Source: a virus
Taxonomy: Duplodnaviria; Heunggongvirae; Uroviricota; Caudoviricetes
Length of the DNA stretch: 64,000 nt
Strand: one strand, 5' to 3'
Virus record (IMG/VR): IMGVR_UViG_3300021256_000055
Location: 135,124 to 199,123 of that record
Positions 26,935 through 34,359 of this stretch are shown here, piece by piece. The translations under genes and the position numbers were made by a program. A model generated the notes under the pieces. It saw only the letters and a program-made list of their open reading frames with translations, made no database searches and was not told the DNA's origin. Position 1 is the stretch's first letter; every line of letters starts with the position of its first letter.

Positions 26935-28038
26935 TCAAAGTTCCTTTGTATCATAAAAATTTATTGGATGCATTAAAAATGTGTTTCTAAACTCATCTGT
27001 TCTGTCCATTTCATCACAGTGTGTGACTTCCATTATATAAGGCAGTTTCTTATGAGTAATCCTTCTAATCTCCTTATCACATCTTTCTTTTAATTCTGTG
27101 ATAGAAAGAGGAGAATAATAAAAATCGCGCTGCCACTCATTATATTGATTTATTTCTACTGAATTATCTATCAACTTTGGTAGCTCTATATCATTAACCC
27201 ATTCTCTAGATCCATGACGAGTCAAATATGGTCTTGTAACAAAATGAATTATTGGTTTCTTTTCAATATTACCATATAATGTGCGAATACCTGTCTCAGA
27301 TGGTGTTTTTTCAATATTATCAGTGCCATCATCATTTAAGAGCAAACCTTGCCCATTTTCAATAATAACATGCTTTTTTTCGCTAACACTTATGCTATCG
27401 CGAACCATACATGATAAAAACATATTCTCACAATCACTTATAAAGTGATTAATTGTTCCATCACTAAACCATGCGTCATAATATTCATTTGTTACATTTA
27501 CTTTTTCAATTTTACCAAAATAAAAGTCCCTAATAATAAGAAGATATTTTATTTTTTCATCTAAGCTTCTTGTACAAAATTCTGAAAATGGTATAGAATA
27601 ACCACATTCGTAACGCTTAATAGTCTCCCATATGCCCATTCCACAAGAGCCTGTCCATCTTTCCTTTTGATGTATTTGATTCACCATCATATCCCATGGT
27701 GTAGACCACATACACGCTTCATTCCTAGAAGTTTTAGGGTAAAATCCATAAGTATGGTATATTTCATCTTTTTCTTTTACAAACTGCATAGGATTAAGAA
27801 TATATTTAGGACCAAAATAAGACTCTACCGAAAGAGGAGTTGCAGATCCGAAATGCTTAAAAATATGTTCTTTTCCATTTACGCTTACAGAGTGGCCTCT
27901 CTGAGCGCCACCATTGTTTAGTATAACAATTGTATTATCATAATCATTATAGGCTTTTGCAATGCGCGCAGTTATAATTCCTTTTCCTTCGTCGCCCGCA
28001 CCACTTCCAATAACAATATCTAAGCTTTTCTTATCCAT
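26935..28038 (-). CDS. adenylosuccinate synthetase family protein, short form (PurA/PurZ-like, 367 aa)
   Basis: The P-loop VIGSGAGDEGKGII corresponds to GDEGKGK. NGGAQRGHSV corresponds to the GGxNAGH His motif. ENGQGLLLNDDGTDN corresponds to QGxLLDxDxGTYP. It is about 60 aa shorter than canonical PurA. Confidence 0.7.
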   Translation of the reverse strand: MDKKSLDIVIGSGAGDEGKGIITARIAKAYNDYDNTIVILNNGGAQRGHSVSVNGKEHIFKHFGSATPLSVESYFGPKYILNPMQFVKEKDEIYHTYGFYPKTSRNEACMWSTPWDMMVNQIHQKERWTGSCGMGIWETIKRYECGYSIPFSEFCTRSLDEKIKYLLIIRDFYFGKIEKVNVTNEYYDAWFSDGTINHFISDCENMFLSCMVRDSISVSEKKHVIIENGQGLLLNDDGTDNIEKTPSETGIRTLYGNIEKKPIIHFVTRPYLTRHGSREWVNDIELPKLIDNSVEINQYNEWQRDFYYSPLSITELKERCDKEIRRITHKKLPYIMEVTHCDEMDRTDEFRNTFLMHPINFYDTKEL

Positions 28039-28053
28039 AATTTTATCCTTTAC

Positions 28054-28067
28054 TTTATAATATGTAT
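28054..28067 (-). promoter_or_regulatory. conserved motif instance (tttataatatgtat)
   Basis: About 20 nt upstream of the purA-like start. Confidence 0.4.
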
Positions 28068-28079
28068 ATAAAAAAATAA

Positions 28080-28104
28080 GAGCATAGCTTTTTAGCTATG
28101 CTCT
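28080..28104 (-). terminator. rho-independent terminator (gagcatagctttttagctatgctc)
   Basis: 9-bp stem followed on the minus strand by ttatttttttat. Confidence 0.6.
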
Positions 28105-28129
28105 TTAATTCAATTAAAGATAATATAAC

Positions 28130-28474
28130 CTACCAAGTAATTACGCCTGATTCAGTATTAACCTCAGTATATGTTTTATTAAAAGTATCCTTTTTAACTG
28201 GATAAACTGACCCATCAATTCCCTTTACAAAATAATCACCATCCTGAATCGGCGACAGAATAGGCTGTCTACCAGCATTATAAGTATCACATGAAAAAGT
28301 AATTCTTGGATAATCATAGGATTTATAGCCCTTATTTAACTCATCCTCAAATACGGGTATAATATCAACATCCCTACACATTTTTTCTAGGTCTGGCCAC
28401 CATTCGCTACGATTAAAAAATGTACATTGAACAGCTTCAACCTCTAAAGGACGCTTTTTATATTTCTTTACCAT
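28130..28474 (-). CDS. hypothetical protein (114 aa)
   Basis: Intact ORF. Confidence 0.45.
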   Translation of the reverse strand: MVKKYKKRPLEVEAVQCTFFNRSEWWPDLEKMCRDVDIIPVFEDELNKGYKSYDYPRITFSCDTYNAGRQPILSPIQDGDYFVKGIDGSVYPVKKDTFNKTYTEVNTESGVITW

Positions 28475-28800
28475 GTAATTCCTTCCTCATCCATTCTATA
28501 TCTTTTCTTAAAAGCCTCATCTGTCATAGAATTAATTTCACCATTTGAATGGATTAAAAGCCATTCTGTAGAATACAAACAAAACTCTGTATTTTCCAAA
28601 ACTACAATTATACGAATTTTATCTGTATACATTTTATCTGTTGGGTTATAAAAATCAATCCTATGTGGAACTCCATTAAGGAATTCTTCTAAAGAAGCTA
28701 AAATTTCTTTAGCTTCTTTTTCAGTATGAAAAACAGGTATTTGTATAGCTCTAGCACTATCTGGCCTTACTATATAAAAACCTTGTTTCATTTCTACCAT
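28468..28800 (-). CDS. hypothetical protein (110 aa)
   Basis: Intact ORF with overlapping start and stop. Confidence 0.45.
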   Translation of the reverse strand: MVEMKQGFYIVRPDSARAIQIPVFHTEKEAKEILASLEEFLNGVPHRIDFYNPTDKMYTDKIRIIVVLENTEFCLYSTEWLLIHSNGEINSMTDEAFKKRYRMDEEGITW

Positions 28801-29705
28801 ACAATCGCACCTGTTTCATCATGCTTTACGGTATTATCAGCCTTCTCAGCAAGATGCTCTTTATTCTTATAACTACGTTCAATAAGTTTTACAATATTGT
28901 TCTTCAAACTATCAACTGAAGAAACAATATAATTATCATCGCCAATTACTGACTTAAATGACTTATCAACGCGCTCTTCATATGAGTCACCATCACCCTC
29001 ATAATTTGTACGATGGTCCTGAACAGTAATATGGTAAATATCAAACTTCTTTGATGCAGCTTTATAAAGCTTATCTGTATCAAATACATATTCTGTATTT
29101 TTACCAGAATCTGTTTTTTCGCCAAGGAAATCAAATACTTCCCTTTCATGGAGTCTTGGATTCAAAGGTTCATCACCCATTGTAATAATAATGCCTTTTC
29201 TTCCCTGCTTATCATAACAATCTAGCTTAGTTCTGTAAAGACCAAACCACCATGGTGCTGTATAACTTTCATACCCATTACCACCACCACCTTTTTCAAG
29301 CCAAACCTGGTCCATTTGTTTAGCAACACGAACATCTGATTCGAACTGTGAAACCTGAAGCGGTGCATCATCACACTCAAAGTCACCGACGCCCATTACC
29401 ATGACCTCAACATCCTTAAACTTCTCATAAAGGTCTTTCATCAAAGCTGAAATTGAAGCAGCACACTCATCGCATGCTGAGCCCATAGAACCAGTAACAT
29501 CCAGGGCAAGAATTACAGGAACTGTATTTGGATGCTCTTTTGAATTACAGCACTCCCTAATTTTTCCTTTTGCATTCAATTCTCTTGAAATTGACCTAGC
29601 ATTAAAAGTATGCCCTGAAACACGATGTGTTGATGTATCATAAACTGTACCAACTGATTTTGAATAACTCGCAAATGAGCTTACACTATAGCTTCCGCCA
29701 CCCAT
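28794..29705 (-). CDS. von Willebrand factor A (vWA) domain protein, TerY-like
   Basis: VILALDVTGSMG is the MIDAS D-x-[ST]-x-S motif. Downstream ITMGDEP is vWA-like. Confidence 0.6.
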   Translation of the reverse strand: MGGGSYSVSSFASYSKSVGTVYDTSTHRVSGHTFNARSISRELNAKGKIRECCNSKEHPNTVPVILALDVTGSMGSACDECAASISALMKDLYEKFKDVEVMVMGVGDFECDDAPLQVSQFESDVRVAKQMDQVWLEKGGGGNGYESYTAPWWFGLYRTKLDCYDKQGRKGIIITMGDEPLNPRLHEREVFDFLGEKTDSGKNTEYVFDTDKLYKAASKKFDIYHITVQDHRTNYEGDGDSYEERVDKSFKSVIGDDNYIVSSVDSLKNNIVKLIERSYKNKEHLAEKADNTVKHDETGAIVW

Positions 29706-29766
29706 ATATTTCTCCTTTATTTTAACTTACTAATAATTTGCCCCCTTTATAGGAGGCAAACTTTAT

Positions 29767-30672
29767 TTAGGCTTTCTTTTCTGCGGCTTCAAGAGCTGCA
29801 AGTTCTGCCTTAAGACGTGCTTTCTTTTCTTCTGGAGTTTCATCCTCAACAGCTGTTGTTGGGTCGAAATCTGCTTCTTCAAAGTCGAAATCGAACATTT
29901 CAGAAAGGTCCATATCTCCGTCTTTGCCACCAAGCATATTGCTCATCATCATCATTCCGAGCATACTATTTGCATCACCGTTACCAGCACTAAAGCCGTC
30001 ACCGCCCATAAATGATTTGAGCATATTCATTTTAAACATCATACCCATCATTCCACTGATGCCCTTTCCCTTCTTAAGGAAGTTGTTACTACCAAACATA
30101 GAAACAATCTTGCGGTAGAAGAACATCTGTCCCATGAAGAAATGACGCTCTGGTACAATTTCCTGGATTGCACTATTTTCGTAATCCATTACCTTAATTG
30201 TCTTATTTGCATTATTTTCAATAACACACTTTGGTTTACCATCAATCAAAAGGATATCACCTGTCTTTGCCTTTGTAGTTGGAACTACAAAGAAAAATTC
30301 CTGGCCAATGTCAAAACAGAACTGTGTTACATTTGTAAGACGACCAGTCTTTACATCATATGTTTTGTATCCATTTGAAGTTTTAACAGCCATCTGACCA
30401 TTAAGGCCAAGACGACACATACCCTTACCAAGGCGGCTAAACATGTCACCAAACATTCCATTCATTGCACTATCTAAACTCATCTCTTCTTCCTCCTGAG
30501 ATTCTAAATAACTATCTAAAACTGATTTTGAATGGTCGCTTATATTTATACCACAAGCTTCTAAACTGGAAAGTGCAGCACTTATACCAGGTGAGTGAAA
30601 CATATCACTCCATGCATTTAAGCTTGATCTTAAGCCATCCAATTTATATAAGTCATAATTTGCAATACTCAT
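29767..30672 (-). CDS. Met/Gly-rich hypothetical protein (301 aa) with acidic C-terminal tail
   Basis: The C-terminal third contains GMMGMMFKMNM...MLGMMMMSNMLGG low-complexity Met-rich tracts followed by a Glu/Ala-rich helix. Confidence 0.5.
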   Translation of the reverse strand: MSIANYDLYKLDGLRSSLNAWSDMFHSPGISAALSSLEACGINISDHSKSVLDSYLESQEEEEMSLDSAMNGMFGDMFSRLGKGMCRLGLNGQMAVKTSNGYKTYDVKTGRLTNVTQFCFDIGQEFFFVVPTTKAKTGDILLIDGKPKCVIENNANKTIKVMDYENSAIQEIVPERHFFMGQMFFYRKIVSMFGSNNFLKKGKGISGMMGMMFKMNMLKSFMGGDGFSAGNGDANSMLGMMMMSNMLGGKDGDMDLSEMFDFDFEEADFDPTTAVEDETPEEKKARLKAELAALEAAEKKA

Positions 30673-30728
30673 TAACTTAATTCCTATTTAAATAATAACA
30701 ATTTATTTTGACGTAGGAGTAGAAAATG

Positions 30729-31067
30729 TCATTTTTTTATATAATCTGGATAAGTCCAGCCCTTAAAGCTGTAGTTATCTAAATCATAAATATCTTCCAA
30801 TTCCTCTATATCATTATAATTCACTTCTTCATATTGATTATACCAAATACCCCAACAGTCTTCAGTCTCATCATCTGCCCATAAATCATAAATACAGCAC
30901 TCAAATTCTTCCGCAAATTTACAAGCGAGTTCCAATGTCTTTGTAGTTACCTTACAATAATTTATATACCCATTCCTAGCTACATAAAATACTCTATCAG
31001 GGAGATCTTTTGACTTTTCATATAATTTAGAAATTTCTAAAGTAAGATCATAATTTTCTTGTTTCAT
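30729..31067 (-). CDS. hypothetical acidic protein (112 aa)
   Basis: Intact ORF. Confidence 0.45.
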   Translation of the reverse strand: MKQENYDLTLEISKLYEKSKDLPDRVFYVARNGYINYCKVTTKTLELACKFAEEFECCIYDLWADDETEDCWGIWYNQYEEVNYNDIEELEDIYDLDNYSFKGWTYPDYIKK

Positions 31068-31097
31068 AATTATATATTTGCGTAAAACTAATTCAAT

Positions 31098-31514
31098 ATG
31101 ATTAAAAATATTTTATTATACCTTTGGCAGTTGCCTCAAAATATTGGTGGTCTTATAGTTTTATTATTTAACTTAAAAAATAAAGAAAAATGTTCACTAA
31201 GTGGAATAACCTATTGGAAAGTAAAACATATAAATGACTGTGGCATTTCACTTGGAAATTATATTATATTAGATAAAGATACTTATATTTCAGAAACTAG
31301 TATTAAGCATGAGCATGGACACCAAATCCAAAGTTTATATTTTGGGCCAGTATATCTTATATTTATTGGACTTCCTAGCGCAGTTGGTAATCTTATTGAT
31401 CGTTATATGCATAAAAAATGGAGTCGTAGAAAGAGACAGTTATGGTATTATTCTCAGCCATGGGAAGCTGGCGCGGACAAATTAGGAAAGGTAGAAAGAT
31501 TATATTCAGTTTAA
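31098..31514 (+). CDS. small membrane protein with HExxH motif (138 aa), possible metallopeptidase-like
   Basis: Hydrophobic N-terminus. SIKHEHGHQIQSLYFG carries HEHGH. Confidence 0.4.
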   Translation: MIKNILLYLWQLPQNIGGLIVLLFNLKNKEKCSLSGITYWKVKHINDCGISLGNYIILDKDTYISETSIKHEHGHQIQSLYFGPVYLIFIGLPSAVGNLIDRYMHKKWSRRKRQLWYYSQPWEAGADKLGKVERLYSV

Positions 31515-31517
31515 AAT

Positions 31518-31548
31518 AAAAAAACCCTAGGATATCCTAGGGTTTTTT
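31518..31548. terminator. bidirectional rho-independent terminator (aaaaaaccctaggatatcctagggtttttt)
   Basis: Perfect 10-bp palindromic stem flanked by an A-run and a T-run, between convergent genes. Confidence 0.75.
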
Positions 31549-31565
31549 ATAAAACAAATTTGGTA

Positions 31566-32393
31566 TTAGTTGCTAGAACGCATATCAATGATTGTAGAGG
31601 TTCCATCTCCACCAGCTACCGTTGGCAAATGTCCATCCCACTTTTTAATCTTTTCAAATTCAACAAGTTCCTTTGTTAAAGATGCTGATACAATTTTATT
31701 ATATTCCGCAATACCACGAGCTGCCTCAATTTGCTTATCCGCTTCAGCTTTTGCTTCAAGAACTTCATTTTCACGCTGTTGGGCTTTCTGCTTAGCAGCA
31801 ACTTTAGCATTAAGTGCTTCCAAAACCTGCTCAGGTGGACGTGGAGCACCAATCCAATAAACACCATTAATAATAATTTCTGGAGCAAAGTAATTTTTTA
31901 CTTCTTTGTAAACTGTCTCCATAAGTTCAGTCTTACCATCAGAAATAATCTGGTCAGCGGAATATGTAGAGCCATAACGTGTCAATGCATCTCGCACTTT
32001 CTGACGAATAGCAATATCCGCAATATCTTGTGGAGTTTTACGATATTTACTATAAATTTTAGCTACTGATCCTGGCTCACCACTAAAACTATAATCCATA
32101 CCAATATCAGCTACAATTTCAAGACCTTCATTTGACTGAAACCTTAAGGCCTCATCAGTCTTTGAATTCTCTCGCGAATCCTCCGTCCAAACTGCATACT
32201 GTACAAAGTTTGGATATGCCAGATGCTGTTTATTGATAGTATCTAAATAGTATCCAGGAGGAACTTCTTCAATAGATCCCTTCTCATCACCAAGCAGTGA
32301 AACCTTAAGGCCAGTATAGCCATTTTCAATTTTAGTACAGCTTGTAAAAATAACTGTTACTAAAAACAAAGCAAATAACAAAAATTTTTTCAT
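31566..32393 (-). CDS. SPFH/band-7 (prohibitin/HflC-like) domain lipoprotein
   Basis: Lipobox LFLVTVIFTSC. The SPFH-like core and a C-terminal Ala/Glu/Lys helix (EALNAKVAAKQKAQQRENEVLEAKAEADKQIEAARGIAEYNKI) are typical of band-7 proteins. Confidence 0.6.
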   Translation of the reverse strand: MKKFLLFALFLVTVIFTSCTKIENGYTGLKVSLLGDEKGSIEEVPPGYYLDTINKQHLAYPNFVQYAVWTEDSRENSKTDEALRFQSNEGLEIVADIGMDYSFSGEPGSVAKIYSKYRKTPQDIADIAIRQKVRDALTRYGSTYSADQIISDGKTELMETVYKEVKNYFAPEIIINGVYWIGAPRPPEQVLEALNAKVAAKQKAQQRENEVLEAKAEADKQIEAARGIAEYNKIVSASLTKELVEFEKIKKWDGHLPTVAGGDGTSTIIDMRSSN

Positions 32394-32394
32394 G

Positions 32395-32622
32395 TTACCA
32401 CCTATTCTTTCTTTTATAATGTTTATACTTTTTTATGATGTCCTTTGTAAATCTTACTATTGCCATTATAGCAAGGCAAAGACTTAACAAACCAATTGCA
32501 ATACCAAAAAATAAATTGATGGTACTGGCACTATTAAACATTGGAATTATCGCAAAAATAAATTCTGCTGATACCCCAAAAACAATAGCTAAAATTAGAA
32601 AAATATCTAAAATTATAGCCAC
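32395..32622 (-). CDS. small two-TM membrane protein (75 aa), possible NfeD-like partner of the SPFH protein
   Basis: Two hydrophobic helices. Translationally coupled upstream of the SPFH gene. Confidence 0.4.
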   Translation of the reverse strand: MAIILDIFLILAIVFGVSAEFIFAIIPMFNSASTINLFFGIAIGLLSLCLAIMAIVRFTKDIIKKYKHYKRKNRW

Positions 32623-33086
32623 TTTGACACCTCCGGCGGTTCTAATGTAAATATATTAAATTTACATAAATAATCATATATTTCTGATGCTTCACTATAT
32701 AATCTATGCCCATCCATAGTGATAACAACATCATATCTTTTACTTAAATTATTTTTTATTATTATATTAAGAAAATTAATAATATCATTTTTAGTAGACT
32801 CTTTAATATCATTTGGATCATTTGAAAAATATTCTACTGATGTATTATTAAGCGCTTGATTGACAATTTCATCAAAATCATCTATAAGTATATGACAATT
32901 TTTGTTTTTTGATATATCCTTGAAAAAATTATAATCTACACCACTATAATAGGTATGGTATTGTTTAGCAGAATTATTCTTAAAAGCATCATAAACCATG
33001 ATATCTTCTAATTTATATTGTGAATATGCTTTCCAAGCTGCACTAGTTTTCCCAGTGCCTCTTTTACCATCTATTACAAGTATCAT
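32613..33086 (-). CDS. P-loop NTPase / small nucleotide kinase-like protein (157 aa)
   Basis: Walker A GKRGTGKTS at the N-terminus. hhhhDDFDE is Walker B-like. Confidence 0.5.
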   Translation of the reverse strand: MILVIDGKRGTGKTSAAWKAYSQYKLEDIMVYDAFKNNSAKQYHTYYSGVDYNFFKDISKNKNCHILIDDFDEIVNQALNNTSVEYFSNDPNDIKESTKNDIINFLNIIIKNNLSKRYDVVITMDGHRLYSEASEIYDYLCKFNIFTLEPPEVSKWL

Positions 33087-33090
33087 ATAA

Positions 33091-33105
33091 ATAATATGTA
33101 AAATA
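33091..33105 (-). promoter_or_regulatory. conserved motif instance (aataatatgtaaaat)
   Basis: 5 nt upstream of the minus-strand ATG at 33086. Confidence 0.4.
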
Positions 33106-33140
33106 ATTTTGTAAAGTATAATAAAAATTAATAAATTAAT

Positions 33141-33240
33141 GTGAATTTTCCGAAATTGAAGTTATATTAATTAATGAGCATTAAGAAGATATATTTTAGC
33201 CTTGCGATAGCGGCTATTAATATAGGATTTTTAAAATTTA
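33141..33240 (+). repeat. about 100-bp conserved intergenic element, copy A (direct repeat of 60805..60900)
   Basis: About 85% identical by eye to copy B: gtgaatttt..gaaattgaagttatattaattaatga...ttgcgatagcggctattaatatagg.tttttaaaat. It sits in a divergent promoter region upstream of the plus-strand gene at 33260. Confidence 0.7.
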
Positions 33241-33259
33241 TTTACATATTTTATATAAT

Positions 33260-33919
33260 ATGAAAGATGTAGATTTTGAAAATTTAGATTGTGATGATGT
33301 CACAATGTATTTTGATATGAATAAAAAAGAATTTAAGGATTTCACTAAATCTGAAGAACAAAATTTAACATATCTTGGTTCTGCAAATACTTTTTATCCT
33401 GTTTTAAGGCGTATTAAGCCTAAATCATATGCTAGAGGAGCTGTATCTGGTTTTTATAATAGATATTCCAATAAGGATGGCTATTATGTAAATAAATATG
33501 GTGTTTGCTTGAAAAATGCTACTGAAGAAAAATTTTTAGGACTTTATAAAAAAACTCCTATAAAAATATATGTTCCAAAGTGTTCTTTATCAATTAAATA
33601 TTATGAAGATAAAGATGATTCTAATAAAACTAAGATTATTTTAGAACTATTACCCGATACTATTAGAGATAATTATAGAAATAGTCTTACAGGTCCTCAT
33701 CAAACATTTAAGGATAGACAATTATTTTGTTCTGATAATGGTAATCCTGATAAAGTAAATAAAATGTTCGATTATGCTATAGAGAATTATCCTAAAGAAG
33801 CAGAGGCTATTGAGGGTTTAAGATGTCTTTATAGTTTATCAGGTTTTGGCAGATTTACATCGGCAGATGTAAAAAATAGTATAGAGGGTAAAGAATTATC
33901 CGTAGCTTATTTTAATTAA
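33260..33919 (+). CDS. hypothetical protein (219 aa)
   Basis: Intact ORF, first gene of a plus-strand island. Confidence 0.5.
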   Translation: MKDVDFENLDCDDVTMYFDMNKKEFKDFTKSEEQNLTYLGSANTFYPVLRRIKPKSYARGAVSGFYNRYSNKDGYYVNKYGVCLKNATEEKFLGLYKKTPIKIYVPKCSLSIKYYEDKDDSNKTKIILELLPDTIRDNYRNSLTGPHQTFKDRQLFCSDNGNPDKVNKMFDYAIENYPKEAEAIEGLRCLYSLSGFGRFTSADVKNSIEGKELSVAYFN

Positions 33920-33930
33920 GGTTAAATAAT

Positions 33931-34323
33931 ATGTCTAAAAATTTAAGTAAAAGTTCACTTAGTCATTATTTTGATTATGAAGTAATCTATCTAAAAGATA
34001 GAAAAGAATTATATAACTGTAGTATTGGATCAAAGCTTCCTTGGTTTCCATATTCATCAATGAATGAAGTAGTGATGGCTACAGGCTGTTTAACTCCAGA
34101 AAGATATGCCGCATATAGAACAATTCTTTGTTTATATATTTCAAATCCTTCATTGTATAAGTGGTATTGGTATAGACGTGAGCTTATTGGTGATAAATGG
34201 AATTTTCGAGATAGCTATATGCAATATATTCCTTCTAAAGAAATTAAGCTTTTTAAGAAAGAATGCCAACGACTTATAAATACTCTTGATAAAAATTTTA
34301 AGGAAAAATATAATATAAATTAA
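33931..34323 (+). CDS. hypothetical protein (130 aa)
   Basis: Intact ORF. Confidence 0.5.
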   Translation: MSKNLSKSSLSHYFDYEVIYLKDRKELYNCSIGSKLPWFPYSSMNEVVMATGCLTPERYAAYRTILCLYISNPSLYKWYWYRRELIGDKWNFRDSYMQYIPSKEIKLFKKECQRLINTLDKNFKEKYNIN

Positions 34324-34330
34324 AATAAAA

Positions 34331-34351
34331 AGCACCAGATTTTCTGGTGCT
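34331..34351. terminator. bidirectional rho-independent terminator (agcaccagattttctggtgct)
   Basis: 8-bp stem with T-runs on both strands, between convergent genes. Confidence 0.65.
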
Positions 34352-34359
34352 TTAATTTA

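Noticed and set aside
26935-28038. Asserting a Z-genome (diaminopurine) phage
   Set aside because: Only the PurA/PurZ-like gene is present. The window has no DatZ or MazZ partner. I kept it as a hypothesis only.
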